Below, one piece after another: positions 47,787 through 58,714 of a stretch of DNA of 64,000 bases. Under the pieces are notes generated by a model that was not told the DNA's origin, did no database searches, and saw only the letters and a list, made by a program, of their open reading frames with translations. Within the stretch, counting starts at the first letter, position 1. The number at the start of each line of letters is the position of its first letter. The translations under genes were made by a program, and so were the position numbers. Location of the stretch: IMG/VR virus record IMGVR_UViG_3300032046_000006, positions 1-64,000 of that record; one strand, given 5' to 3'. Source of the stretch: a virus.

Positions 47787-49811
47787 ATGTCATACACGAA
47801 TAGATTTATACATACCTCCGAAGAAACGGGAGCAAATTCCTATGCTTACATTATAACCGATACTTCTCCCGCAAAATTAATTAAAGTAGATTTATCTAAT
47901 CCTACGAGTTATGAAACTTATACTTTAGATGATACTGGAGAAGATTTAAATTATGGAAAAGCACTAATAATAAATGCTGATACAGAATATCTTTATGCTT
48001 CTTTTGATAATGGTTATGTTGCTAAAATTAGTTTAGATGACCCAAACAATAGGGAAATCTTTTATGTTGGAGAAGCCAATCAACTTAATGCTATTGCACA
48101 CGACCCTACTCGTTTACTTACTTTTGTAGGGGATAATATTTCTGGTTTGAGCGAATTTGTTATTGATGAATCCACTGTAAGTATAATAGATACAGATTTG
48201 AGAGTTTTATTGGAAGAAACAACTCTAATTAATACATACTTAGCGGTTTTGAATGGGGCAATAATAAATACTGATTTGCGTGTTAATAAAGAAACCATAT
48301 CCCTAATAAATACAGATTTACGAGTTAATAAATATACTTATGTGGATACTAATTTTTATCCTTTAGGAAGAGAAGATTTTCGCATATACATAGATGGCGA
48401 TGAATCGGCAAATGAATTGGGAGATGATGATTTAAAATTAGATTCTATTCAGATTACTCATACTATAGATAATAAAAGTATTGCAAAATTTACTCTACTT
48501 AGAAAACACGACGATATTGACAATCCCACGACTATTAGCGAGAATAATGCAGTAGAAATTTATCTTGGTAATAAGTTAGAGTTTACTGGAAAAATATCTA
48601 ACTTAGATTGCTCAAGCCAAGACGAAACTGTGGTGGTTTCTTGTGAATCAGATAGTATTACTGACGATTATGATTCGACACAAAAAGATTTACCATTAAC
48701 AACATTAAATACACAAATTCATTTATATGATGTATTATTAGACGACATAACAATTGATAATCCTATTTTGGATACTAGATTGATTATTGTTTCTGATGGT
48801 GGAAGGTATTGGACTGGTTCAAGTTGGAATAGAAAATTAAGTTTGGCTTTAACTTTTGTTAATTTTGCAACTGCATCGGCTTATTTGGAAACTAATATAG
48901 ACGATATTTTTATTAAAGGTAATCCCTCGATAGATAATTATGAAAGAAGTCCAAAATATTATAATGGAATTAGAGTTAATTTAGGAACTAAAATAGAAGA
49001 AAAAGTTAGTGGATGGGTTGCTTTGGCAAATTCTACAAAGACAGCAGAAGCAATAGAGGAAGGAACATTTAAATTTAATTCAGGATTTACTTATTTTTGG
49101 CATGTAGATGTTATACTATATGATTTGCCTTCTATTTCGACAGGTGTTAGTTCTACTCATACTCTTTTGCCTCATATAAGAACTGCTTTATATAAATATA
49201 TAGGCACCAGTTTATCTTCATTAAGTTCTGATTTATATGAAATAACTGGAGGATATTATCGCTATCAAAATATTTTAGATGATATAGAGACTGAATTGGG
49301 AGAGTATACTTTAGGAACTGCTCCTTATAAAGAAGTTTCGGCAAAAAATGGAATTAAAATAGCCAAAGGAAGATGGGTAGATAAAGATGATGGTCTTTAT
49401 TGGGATAAAGGAATATCTTATGATTATGAACAATATGCGAAAGATGTTGCTTCTGCGGAATATGCCAAAATTAAAAATATAAATGGAGATGTTTCCCCCA
49501 GAACTTCTGCGAGTATAGATTTAACACTTGATGGTTATTTATATTATGACTTAAATTTGCTCAATAGAATAAATCTAGTCAATACTACAATATTAAATGC
49601 TTATAAAAATTCTAATGGATTTCCGATAAGTATTAAACAAATAAATATAGACTCCAATTCTATGAAAGTTTCTATTTCATGTGATAATGAATATGCACAA
49701 AATGAATTAGATGTATTGGATACTATTTATGATAATGAACCATTAGAAACTCCAGAAACTTCGGTTAGATTATATAGAAAATTTGATTTACCACAATGGG
49801 AAAATGTCTAA
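47787..49811 (+). CDS. Tail tip/baseplate hub protein
   Basis: Propeller-like N-terminus, INTDLRV repeats, hub motif VEIYLG....FTGKI. Confidence 0.65.
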   Translation: MSYTNRFIHTSEETGANSYAYIITDTSPAKLIKVDLSNPTSYETYTLDDTGEDLNYGKALIINADTEYLYASFDNGYVAKISLDDPNNREIFYVGEANQLNAIAHDPTRLLTFVGDNISGLSEFVIDESTVSIIDTDLRVLLEETTLINTYLAVLNGAIINTDLRVNKETISLINTDLRVNKYTYVDTNFYPLGREDFRIYIDGDESANELGDDDLKLDSIQITHTIDNKSIAKFTLLRKHDDIDNPTTISENNAVEIYLGNKLEFTGKISNLDCSSQDETVVVSCESDSITDDYDSTQKDLPLTTLNTQIHLYDVLLDDITIDNPILDTRLIIVSDGGRYWTGSSWNRKLSLALTFVNFATASAYLETNIDDIFIKGNPSIDNYERSPKYYNGIRVNLGTKIEEKVSGWVALANSTKTAEAIEEGTFKFNSGFTYFWHVDVILYDLPSISTGVSSTHTLLPHIRTALYKYIGTSLSSLSSDLYEITGGYYRYQNILDDIETELGEYTLGTAPYKEVSAKNGIKIAKGRWVDKDDGLYWDKGISYDYEQYAKDVASAEYAKIKNINGDVSPRTSASIDLTLDGYLYYDLNLLNRINLVNTTILNAYKNSNGFPISIKQINIDSNSMKVSISCDNEYAQNELDVLDTIYDNEPLETPETSVRLYRKFDLPQWENV

Positions 49812-50239
49812 TGCCTATTTACGAAAAAACTACAAGAAAATTACAACACTTAACTAATAAAACTTTAGAAAATGAGGAACAACTAGCAAAAATAGATAAA
49901 GATTCTCCTCAAATAACCTCTTTTTATTATAATAAGAATATATCTAAATATTATATTTTTAATCGAAAAAAAATGGATAACATCAAGTCATTGACTACTC
50001 TGACCATTAATTTAAATAATTTTCCAGAAGAATATCTTCCTTATATTAATTTTGTCGCAATAAGTTATGGTATTACTGGAGTCCCTAACTTTGTTTTTAA
50101 TGGTTTAAACTATTCTTTTTTTCAAGTAGCACAACATAATTATAGATTAGAGTTCACTAATTGTAACTTCAACTTTGTTTACACTGCTTTTTTTTCGTTA
50201 TACTTTACAATAAATTTACCAAGAGATTATAATAATTAA
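49811..50239 (+). CDS. Tail tip protein, paralog family member 1
   Basis: TAATG coupling; N-terminal NKTxEN coiled coil shared with 51559..52068. Confidence 0.55.
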   Translation: MPIYEKTTRKLQHLTNKTLENEEQLAKIDKDSPQITSFYYNKNISKYYIFNRKKMDNIKSLTTLTINLNNFPEEYLPYINFVAISYGITGVPNFVFNGLNYSFFQVAQHNYRLEFTNCNFNFVYTAFFSLYFTINLPRDYNN

Positions 50240-50250
50240 AGGAAAGAAAT

Positions 50251-50397
50251 ATGAATACAATAAAAAAATTACTCGATAAAACAGAATCTACAAAACAACA
50301 AATAGAAAGAATAGATATAAAAAAAAGAAAATTAACTCCCCACAATAAAGTTAAGAGAATAATTACCTTATTGACCGATTGGGTTAAGTATAATTGA
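50251..50397 (+). CDS. 48-aa ORF resembling the N-terminal segment of the flanking paralogs
   Basis: Translated by hand as MNTIKKLLDKTESTKQQI...KRIITLLTDW, compared with KIETIWNKTEENSTNL...KKIFSLETDW. Confidence 0.55.
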   Translation: MNTIKKLLDKTESTKQQIERIDIKKRKLTPHNKVKRIITLLTDWVKYN

Positions 50398-50405
50398 GGA
50401 ATAAT

Positions 50406-51569
50406 ATGCCTTTTGAATATCCTGAAAAAATAAATTCAAATATCCCCATAGCACTAAATATAGACTTGCCTATTACTGAAGATATGCTATCGTGGGTAAA
50501 AGTTACTCCTTTGATAATCGGTAAAGGTGCAGAAGAATTAAGTTTTTTTGATAGTTATAAAATACCTACATGGAAAGAGAATTGGGAAATTATTGCAGAT
50601 GGGCAAACCTTATGGAAAGGCAATTTTGCTCCAGGGGAAGCCACAGTAAACGCATTTTATGATTATGAAAACACAAGAGATGGAGTATATGTTTATAATC
50701 CTGAAGGATATTATCCCGATTGGTGGTATAATGGTTCTGAACAATCTGTTGATTTTTCCAATCTTTATAATTGGTATATTTTTGGATGGGATAAAAACTT
50801 AGATAATCAATATTTGTCGAGAGCAAAATATACTTATTTGGGAGGGGCTTGGTGGGAAAATCCCCCAATAACAAGATTAGTTAGATGGATTAATTCTGAT
50901 ATTATTTTTGAAGATTTTCGGTGGTGGAAGGGAAGTGATTGGACAATAATTCCTGGGCATTATTTTTGGTATAACATGTTTTTTCGGATGAATATAGAGT
51001 TTCCATATTGTTCAAATTTGATGTGGGCTAAAGTTTTAAAATCAGATTATAGTATAAAAGAAGTATGTCTTCCAGAAAGTGTTTTTATGGTTGTAAGCGA
51101 TTATGGTGGATTAAATCCAGAAAATCCTCCCGATATTCCCAGTCCTATTCCTTTTGATACAATACAAATAAAGAGAAACATACCAGATATAGAAGAATAT
51201 CAAATCTCTTCTTCTTATTTTTCATATTTTCAATTGTCCAAAAATTTTACTAGAATAAATGATAATAAGTTCAATCTTTCTATCAGTGGAAATATATATG
51301 TAAGTAATAAACCAATTTTATTTGATGAAACTTCATATCCAACTTTAGATAATACTTATGTTTTAAATAGGCAAATTACTCCAGGGCAAATACCAGGTGG
51401 TGGTCATGCGATATGGAGATATAGATGGTCATTTAATTTAGTTTCATCTACTATATCTTCTCTAATAAAAAGAACTCCCTTACCATTAAATCCTACTGTT
51501 CATACTAAATTTTTAGTAACTATAGTAAATCCTAATAGCAATGAGGAAGTGCAAAGATATGAAATATGA
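50406..51569 (+). CDS. Trp/Tyr-rich tail tip protein, possible receptor-binding protein
   Basis: GAGGA RBS before the ATG at 50406; aromatic-rich central domain. Confidence 0.55.
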   Translation: MPFEYPEKINSNIPIALNIDLPITEDMLSWVKVTPLIIGKGAEELSFFDSYKIPTWKENWEIIADGQTLWKGNFAPGEATVNAFYDYENTRDGVYVYNPEGYYPDWWYNGSEQSVDFSNLYNWYIFGWDKNLDNQYLSRAKYTYLGGAWWENPPITRLVRWINSDIIFEDFRWWKGSDWTIIPGHYFWYNMFFRMNIEFPYCSNLMWAKVLKSDYSIKEVCLPESVFMVVSDYGGLNPENPPDIPSPIPFDTIQIKRNIPDIEEYQISSSYFSYFQLSKNFTRINDNKFNLSISGNIYVSNKPILFDETSYPTLDNTYVLNRQITPGQIPGGGHAIWRYRWSFNLVSSTISSLIKRTPLPLNPTVHTKFLVTIVNPNSNEEVQRYEI

Positions 51570-52068
51570 TAATCTTACTCATAAAATAGAAACTATATGG
51601 AATAAAACAGAAGAGAATAGCACCAATTTAAATAGAGTTAAATCTATAAATAGGAAGAATCCTACCAATTATAATGCTAAAAAAATATTTTCGTTAGAAA
51701 CCGATTGGGAAAAAATGGAAGTATTTGCTCACTATGATATAAATGATGAGATAGATTATTATGGGGCTTTTTATAAGACTTATGAGATAACTATAGTAAA
51801 TTTTCCTTTAAGATTTTTAAATTGTATAGATTGTTGTGTATTATATCAATATACAATGCCAGCAATTGATAGTTTAAATTTATCCGGTAGTAGTAGTAAA
51901 TTTGTTTATATTTATGATTTAGATACTACGGAAGAGATTAATGATGCAGTAAAAACAGTAAAAATTTATGTTAGCCATCTACTTGCCCCTACTTCAAACC
52001 CTACCACAAAATATCAAGTCTATTCTAAATTAAAAATGACCATCGCAAACAATCAATCTTATAAATAA
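51559..52068 (+). CDS. Tail tip protein, paralog family member 3
   Basis: Start moved to 51559; last gene of the plus-strand operon. Confidence 0.55.
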   Translation: MKYDNLTHKIETIWNKTEENSTNLNRVKSINRKNPTNYNAKKIFSLETDWEKMEVFAHYDINDEIDYYGAFYKTYEITIVNFPLRFLNCIDCCVLYQYTMPAIDSLNLSGSSSKFVYIYDLDTTEEINDAVKTVKIYVSHLLAPTSNPTTKYQVYSKLKMTIANNQSYK

Positions 52069-52785
52069 TTAATTAGTTAGTTTATCTTTTATTTGCTGTC
52101 TTAATTCCATTTGATTATACCTAACATCTGACATTAAATTAAACATTGTTGGGTAATCGACTTTCTCGAAATTTTGAATCGCCGATTGTGGCGATACATT
52201 AAAAATTTTTGATTTAGAATTATTAAAATGTTTAAAAAATCTATCTGGGTCGTTGTGATTATAATATGAAACAAGTCCACTCCCACGATGTAAAATTTTT
52301 TTTCCGTAATAATGAATGTCTTCTTTAGTTTGGGTTATCTTTTTATCTTTTGGATTTAGTTGCCCATAATCGAATCCGCATAAAAATAGATTTTCAGGTT
52401 CAAACAATAAAGCCAGTTGCAAAGAAAAAATCCCAGTTAAAAAAGTTAAAAAACCATCTCGTAATGGATTATCTGAATAATTAGCATTTCTTTTTAATAA
52501 GATAGTATTGGGATGTATTATTAGATTGGCTTTTGGTTTCATTGTACTGATAATTAGAGGTTCCTCTTTTAATCGTTCATAAATATCGGGATGTCTAGCA
52601 AGATTGGTAGAACGATAAAATTCCCTATCACAACAAGTTAAAAGAGTATGGTCAAAATGAAAAAAGGAAAAATTGCATACTATCACAAACTTATCTTTTA
52701 TTTTATCTTTTAGACCTAAAGAGATTCCGTCAGATACAGATTTTCCTCCACCAATAATTATGATTTCTTTTATTTCTGGCACCAT
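52069..52785 (-). CDS. DUF115/Maf-like (GT29/GT42-related fold) putative glycosyltransferase
   Basis: IIIGGGKS...CN...CCD...TG..SLQLA...LFLCGFD...HYY. Confidence 0.65.
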   Translation of the reverse strand: MVPEIKEIIIIGGGKSVSDGISLGLKDKIKDKFVIVCNFSFFHFDHTLLTCCDREFYRSTNLARHPDIYERLKEEPLIISTMKPKANLIIHPNTILLKRNANYSDNPLRDGFLTFLTGIFSLQLALLFEPENLFLCGFDYGQLNPKDKKITQTKEDIHYYGKKILHRGSGLVSYYNHNDPDRFFKHFNNSKSKIFNVSPQSAIQNFEKVDYPTMFNLMSDVRYNQMELRQQIKDKLTN

Positions 52786-52961
52786 TTACATCCTTTTCCT
52801 CTTCTAAATTTGAAATTAGGTAGATTGCGTAAACAGTTAGGGCATTGCTCTATTTTAGAGCATTTTGGCTCATAAAATGCCACTTTTCTGCTTGTTTTAT
52901 GCTTAAACCCACATAATATATGTATTTCTTCTAATAATCCTCTAATCAGGTCATTCTTCAT
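52770..52961 (-). CDS. Small Cys-rich protein
   Basis: 63 aa with CPNC. Confidence 0.45.
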   Translation of the reverse strand: MKNDLIRGLLEEIHILCGFKHKTSRKVAFYEPKCSKIEQCPNCLRNLPNFKFRRGKGCKWCQK

Positions 52962-53110
52962 TTTTTACCTTTCTTATTTCCCAGAATTTTTTACGAACAA
53001 TAGTTCCATCTAATAAACGAATATCTAAATCTTCGGAATAAATTTCGATAACATTTCCCTCACATACTTGATTATTGTTTTTCACTAATACTGGGCACCC
53101 GAGGTACATT

Positions 53111-53668
53111 TTATCCTTTTATTAGTTTAATATTTTTCTTTTCTTTTATCCAATTTAAAATTAAATCTTTTTCAAAATCACCAAGGTGCCAAGGTTGTGT
53201 TTTTAAATTATGGTAAAAAGTCCCCGATTCAAAAAAATCAAATCCATAAATAGTTAATGATTTAAATTCTATATATTTTATTAAAAAATGTATTGCTAAA
53301 AGTCCGGTCGAAGGAAGTTTATCTTCGGGAAAGAAAAATTTAAGTTCTCTCCAATCTTCGGCTGGGTTTTGGAAAGCATTTTCTTTTATCCAATCTGTTG
53401 CTAATCTATTATCTGCGGTCATCCATACGACATACTTTGCATTAAAATTGCGTTTTAATTCTTCTTTGAAGCGGGTAGATATAAATAATACATCAGTTCT
53501 TTTTCCTATAAATTCTTCTTTTCCTTGAGAAATCCCCCGGTTCATTCTACAAATTATATCAAATTTTTCTATGTCTTTTTTGGTATTTAATATACTACGG
53601 GCATTTCCTAATAAACAAATATCTTTATCCTTTAAATATAATTGTAACTTAGTTAGGTTAGTTTTCAT
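53111..53668 (-). CDS. GT29 (sialyltransferase-like) glycosyltransferase
   Basis: Sialylmotif-like L (LLGNA...I..FD.ICRMN...GKRT), S (PSTG...YGF) and VS (HxxxxE). Confidence 0.75.
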   Translation of the reverse strand: MKTNLTKLQLYLKDKDICLLGNARSILNTKKDIEKFDIICRMNRGISQGKEEFIGKRTDVLFISTRFKEELKRNFNAKYVVWMTADNRLATDWIKENAFQNPAEDWRELKFFFPEDKLPSTGLLAIHFLIKYIEFKSLTIYGFDFFESGTFYHNLKTQPWHLGDFEKDLILNWIKEKKNIKLIKG

Positions 53669-54261
53669 TTTAAATGCCTTGTTTTCCTCGATAACTGATA
53701 CTGTTCGATTATCGCATTATCTATCGGATTATGAGTTAACCCCTTTGGTGTTGTAGGAATATAACAATATTCCCAAGGCAAATTAAAACAGGTTATTTCT
53801 GGATGGCATTTTAATAACTCAGTCAATTCGTGTCTGTGAGAATGAGTTATATTGGCAATGATTTTTGCAAGTTCTTCTAATAACAATTTGGTTTTATTAT
53901 TATTTTTTATAAATAAAGTTCCATCCAATAATTCTAATCTTTCTTGAGTTTTTCCGAAATGTTTTTTCCAAGATAAAATATGAAATCCTAAATCTTCAGT
54001 AATTTCAAATAAAAGAGAGGGGTATCGCAAAATATTGGCATCGGCGTCGACCCAAACAAGGTCTTCAGTAGAACTATTCAATTTTTCTAAAATAATATCT
54101 ACTTTATGAGAACTATTTTTTTGCCATTTACCGAGAGATTCAAAAGGTTTAACCCAATAATTGAGATTAAATTTTTTAAATGAAGGAACGAGTACATTAT
54201 TGATTTGTTCTTCATAAGGAGTGTTGACAGTGTATCCTGATATGAAAATTAAATTATTCAT
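53665..54261 (-). CDS. Nucleotide-diphospho-sugar transferase (GT-A, GT77/GT8-like)
   Basis: LVWVDAD DxD motif, GTLF, LPWEYCYI. Confidence 0.8.
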   Translation of the reverse strand: MNNLIFISGYTVNTPYEEQINNVLVPSFKKFNLNYWVKPFESLGKWQKNSSHKVDIILEKLNSSTEDLVWVDADANILRYPSLLFEITEDLGFHILSWKKHFGKTQERLELLDGTLFIKNNNKTKLLLEELAKIIANITHSHRHELTELLKCHPEITCFNLPWEYCYIPTTPKGLTHNPIDNAIIEQYQLSRKTRHLK

Positions 54262-57200
54262 TTAATAATGACTAATAATTGGGACTATTGTGGGAGATTT
54301 TTTATTGGTAGAAACAACATAGCAATATTCAGAAGGTAATTCAAATAATTTTATGTCTGGATTTTGTTTTAAGGCTATCTCAAAAGCGATTCGCTGTCTT
54401 TGTTCGCAATTAGGTAACTCTTTTTCCCATGAATCGAGAAATTTTAATACTTTTTCGTTATTTCTTAAAAATATAGTTCCGCATAAAGGATGTTTTGGAA
54501 TAATCTTGTTATGTATTTTTGTTTCTTCTGTATAATGAATGGCAATGTCATAATATTCTGGAATTTCATCAAATAAAGAAGGATAAGAATTAATAGTTGC
54601 GTCAATATTTATGAATATGACATCTTCTTCATGAGTTAATAAAAACTGCTTGATAAAATCAATACGATAATTGCTATTTAGTCGCCAATTTCCTAAAGAA
54701 GGAACTTCATTAATATAATAATTTAATTTGAGATTTTTTACAGAAGAAAGTAGATATTTTTCGGCGATAGATTTTTGCTCATTAATATAATAACTGATTA
54801 TTGTGTTATCTAATTTAGTAGAAACTATAATATTGGGGGCTGTTTTGATTTCAGTTAAATAATTATTTGTAAGATTTTTTATAGTTTCATAATCCTTTTC
54901 ATAAATTGATTTGTAAATTTTATCCCATTTGGGTTGCAATAAAGACCAACTAAAATATTTTTCAACCCATAAACGATTTCTTTCTCCTATTTGTTTTCTT
55001 AATTTAGGATTTTGTTTTAAAATATCCAAACATTTATTCATACTATCAACAGTTTTATCTTCTTCAACAGGGACTATCCATTGAGGTTCAAGAAGTAATC
55101 TAATAGACCCAACATCGGTAGAAATCACAGGTATTCCGCATGCCATTGCCTCCAGAACTACTCTTGGCATAGCTTCACTTGAACTCGTCAATACAAGAAC
55201 ATCGATAGTTTTATAGAACTCTTTCATTGGGTCTAAGTTTGTTTCTTTAAGAAAGAGTTTTTCATTATGTCCAGAACATTGTTTGATTACTGGGTATTTT
55301 AATTTATCAAGCAAATGTGTTCTTTTTACTGGGGCTTCTCTTCCCACCCAGCCAACATTAAATCTATTTCTATTAAATTTATTGGGAAGAAAATAATTGG
55401 TATCTATTCCTTTAGGTAACCATACGGTTTGTTTAGGTAAATATCTTTTTTTAATGGTAGGTAAAAAATTAAGAGATAGAGTAGCAAATAAATCAATATA
55501 TTCTGCGGGATATTCACGATTTGCTTCTCCTCCATCAGACCCGATTATTATTAATCCACTTTCTTTCGCTTTTTTTAAAATGGGAATATTATAAGAATGA
55601 AACATAACTGGAGAATGGAAATACATTATATCATATTTCGTGAAGTCAAAATCATTAAGTTTTTCATATAATTCTTCTATTTTAATACAATCTAAATTAT
55701 ATTTGGAATATTTTTTCCGTTCTAAATAATTAAAATAAAACGCCCATCCATACTGGTCTACTATTTCAAGAATTCTTAAAGAGGGATTAATTATTGTTTT
55801 TGCTTTTTTAAGAAAGTCGTCAGTTATCAATTCTATAGTATCAAAATCGTCATAATATAAAGATTTAAATACTTTATCCCAAAGTGGTTGATTAACTTTC
55901 CAACTAAATTGTTCTTCCATTCGTTCTCTGTTTTTTTTACCTATTTCTTTTCTCAGATTTGGATTTTTTTCTAATAATTTCAATTTTTGATTCATTTCTT
56001 TAATACATTGAGTTTGTTCAATGGGAACCATCCATTCTTCATTTAAAAGAATAGGAACACTACCAACAGGGGTAGAAATTACAGGGATTCCGCATGCCAT
56101 TGCTTCTAAAACACTTCTTGGCATACATTCTTGCTCGCTCATAAGAACTAAACAATCCAAAGATTGATAAAACTTTTTCATTGGTTCTAATGTTCGTGTT
56201 TCTATAAAGAATTCTTTTCCATGTTGCGTTTGAGTTTCAATTGGGTAATTTAATTGTTGTAAAAGATTATTTCGCTTTTCTCCACAATTTATTCTTCCTA
56301 CCCAACCCACTTTAAATTTTGTGTTATCAAATTCTTTTTTAGGTAAAAAGAAGTTAGTATCAATAGATTCTGGCAAAAAGACCACATGGATTCCTGGATA
56401 AGTTTTTTTTAATTTTTCTATATCATTATAATCAATCGCCACAATTAAGTCAGCATAAGGATATTTGCCTAATATCATACCTGAATGTGCTCCAATAATT
56501 TTGGTATTTTTAAATTTTGGAGATTTTTTGATTTCTGGAATAATATTAAAAACGCTATTACTGATATTAGTTTGAGGAAAATAAATAATATCAGGAGTTT
56601 TAGTTTCTAAATATTTATTTAAATCTTGCAATCGGCAATATTCTATATTATGCTCGCTATATTTTTGTTGTTCTTTTGCTATAAAGAAATAAGCCCATCC
56701 GAATTGGTCAATTACTTTGAGTATATTTAATTTTTTGGGGTTGAGTTGAGTATTTTTTATATTAAAATCAAGATTTAATTTGGCAGAATATACTCCTAAT
56801 AACGCCCAAAAATCGATTTCGTTAAATCCGCACAATAATCTTTCTAAAAATATTTTTTCAAAATCCCCCCATCCCGTCCATTTATATTTTTTAATTTTTT
56901 GAGTTAAAGTATAATATCTTTGATAAATCAATTTATTAGTCCACAAAGGCGAATGAATTCCCATTACCATTTTATTCTTTAGGGTTTTATATCCATTTTT
57001 TTCTATTTGTTCATGAAAATCGGATGTTCCGTCTGTATTGGTGGAATCATTCAATATATTAAATTTATAATTTTTTACTATTTCGTATTTATAGCATTTA
57101 AGAGCATCAATTTTCTTGTTTAAATGTTCATCCAAAAGTTTAAAAATATAACTAAATGTTTTGCTGTCGCTCTGTTTTAGAGTATTATAAACAATCTCAA

Positions 57201-57426
57201 TAGCATTAGGATAAAGAATAAAATCTCCATCACATTGTATAAAATAAGGAGTTTTGCATCGATTAATCATTTCTTGCATTGCTTTATTTTGAGGACATAT
57301 ATCTTTTATTATATCTAATTTAAATTGAACTGTTTGTTTTTTTAATGCTTCTATACAACCAAGATAATTAGGATTGCCCTCAATTGATAGAACAAATACA
57401 GTTAAACTTGCTGATAAATCTACCAT
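54262..57426 (-). CDS. Four-module glycosyltransferase (GT2-like + GT4 + GT4 + GT77-like)
   Basis: QCDGD; two ExxPRxVLEAMACGIPVISTxVG motifs; C-terminal domain paralogous to 53665..54261. Confidence 0.9.
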   Translation of the reverse strand: MVDLSASLTVFVLSIEGNPNYLGCIEALKKQTVQFKLDIIKDICPQNKAMQEMINRCKTPYFIQCDGDFILYPNAIEIVYNTLKQSDSKTFSYIFKLLDEHLNKKIDALKCYKYEIVKNYKFNILNDSTNTDGTSDFHEQIEKNGYKTLKNKMVMGIHSPLWTNKLIYQRYYTLTQKIKKYKWTGWGDFEKIFLERLLCGFNEIDFWALLGVYSAKLNLDFNIKNTQLNPKKLNILKVIDQFGWAYFFIAKEQQKYSEHNIEYCRLQDLNKYLETKTPDIIYFPQTNISNSVFNIIPEIKKSPKFKNTKIIGAHSGMILGKYPYADLIVAIDYNDIEKLKKTYPGIHVVFLPESIDTNFFLPKKEFDNTKFKVGWVGRINCGEKRNNLLQQLNYPIETQTQHGKEFFIETRTLEPMKKFYQSLDCLVLMSEQECMPRSVLEAMACGIPVISTPVGSVPILLNEEWMVPIEQTQCIKEMNQKLKLLEKNPNLRKEIGKKNRERMEEQFSWKVNQPLWDKVFKSLYYDDFDTIELITDDFLKKAKTIINPSLRILEIVDQYGWAFYFNYLERKKYSKYNLDCIKIEELYEKLNDFDFTKYDIMYFHSPVMFHSYNIPILKKAKESGLIIIGSDGGEANREYPAEYIDLFATLSLNFLPTIKKRYLPKQTVWLPKGIDTNYFLPNKFNRNRFNVGWVGREAPVKRTHLLDKLKYPVIKQCSGHNEKLFLKETNLDPMKEFYKTIDVLVLTSSSEAMPRVVLEAMACGIPVISTDVGSIRLLLEPQWIVPVEEDKTVDSMNKCLDILKQNPKLRKQIGERNRLWVEKYFSWSLLQPKWDKIYKSIYEKDYETIKNLTNNYLTEIKTAPNIIVSTKLDNTIISYYINEQKSIAEKYLLSSVKNLKLNYYINEVPSLGNWRLNSNYRIDFIKQFLLTHEEDVIFINIDATINSYPSLFDEIPEYYDIAIHYTEETKIHNKIIPKHPLCGTIFLRNNEKVLKFLDSWEKELPNCEQRQRIAFEIALKQNPDIKLFELPSEYCYVVSTNKKSPTIVPIISHY

Positions 57427-58079
57427 TTTTTTTCTCCGCAGTTAAAAAGATAATCAATTGCTGAAAGTCCAGGTAAGAATGGTTCATACATCTGATTATA
57501 GATAGGATGTTCAAATTCGTGAAAGACCACATTTATTCTTGCACACTTAAATAGAGGTAAATCTAAGTAATCCATTCCACTCTGTCCAGATAAATAAGTA
57601 TCTGCTCTCAACATTTGGCAAATTTCCAAACATTTTCCAGAACCATGTTTAGAGTATAAATTGAGATTAGAAGTAAATTCAATACGAGGTTTAATATTAA
57701 ACCAGTTTAACATTTGACATAATAATTCATAATTATAATCAAATAAGAAATCATATTTTTTATTAATAATCTCTTGAATTTTCGGAAAATATTTATCGAA
57801 ATAAGAAGATTTAGAGTAATTTTGTTGAATCGAATTTAACATTTTTCTTTGCCAATCGGATTCATGTACTACTTTTACTTCTTTAAAATTTAAACCAAGG
57901 TGAAAGTTAGTAGGAATAGTAACCCATTGGCAACCTTGCGGGGTTCTGATTTTGTTGCGATTGTCATAATAATTCTTTTTCACTTGAAAAGTATCTGCAA
58001 TTACAAAAGTATCTGCTTTTGAGACTTTATCGAAAAATCCTAAATATGACAAAAACTCTGGTTGGTGAATCACTAACAT
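57420..58079 (-). CDS. WbqC-family protein
   Basis: IHQPxFLxYLGFFDK...NRNKI...YLSG..G.DYL...LSAIDYLFNCG. Confidence 0.9.
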   Translation of the reverse strand: MLVIHQPEFLSYLGFFDKVSKADTFVIADTFQVKKNYYDNRNKIRTPQGCQWVTIPTNFHLGLNFKEVKVVHESDWQRKMLNSIQQNYSKSSYFDKYFPKIQEIINKKYDFLFDYNYELLCQMLNWFNIKPRIEFTSNLNLYSKHGSGKCLEICQMLRADTYLSGQSGMDYLDLPLFKCARINVVFHEFEHPIYNQMYEPFLPGLSAIDYLFNCGEKKW

Positions 58080-58714
58080 TTATACTCCATTTTTATAATA
58101 TCAAATACTTCACTATATTTACATCCCAATTCTATGCCTCTTAATGTCGCTAAAGAAGTAACCAAATCTTTCCAATAAAGATATTTAGAATATTGACTTT
58201 TATGTTCTTGTAGAGATTTTAATTTAATGTTAAGAAAGTTGTCAATATTCACATAAAGTAATGGTCTGAATAATTGAGTAGATGTTTTAGAAGGAAATAA
58301 AGTTTCGAACATCCAAATAGTTGGGCAATATCTTGCTGCCGACATTACTGCTCTTGCAGTATTAAAATGGTCAGAATGACTCTCATTGAGGGCGTGAGTT
58401 ATGATAATGTTTGGTTTAAAAATATCCATCCATCTATTTAACGATTCTATTAGATTAGAATTGAAAGGAACATCTTTCGTGGGATAATTTAAACAAATCA
58501 TTTTTTGTACTCCCAAAACTTCAAAACTCTTGACTCCTTCTTCTTTTGCTTGTTGTTCTGTTCGCAAGATAGCCCCATTATAGGAGGTATAATCTGATTT
58601 AGTAACTGTAATAGTCCATACAATATCTCCTTGAGAAGTAAATTTTGCAATAGTTCCTCCACAGGAGAGAACTGCATCATCAAAATGTGATTCTACAATT
58701 AGTATATTTTTCAT
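58073..58714 (-). CDS. PIG-L/LmbE-family N-acetyl-sugar deacetylase
   Basis: HFDD, R..E, HSDH and HKSQ motifs. Confidence 0.9.
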   Translation of the reverse strand: MKNILIVESHFDDAVLSCGGTIAKFTSQGDIVWTITVTKSDYTSYNGAILRTEQQAKEEGVKSFEVLGVQKMICLNYPTKDVPFNSNLIESLNRWMDIFKPNIIITHALNESHSDHFNTARAVMSAARYCPTIWMFETLFPSKTSTQLFRPLLYVNIDNFLNIKLKSLQEHKSQYSKYLYWKDLVTSLATLRGIELGCKYSEVFDIIKMEYKC

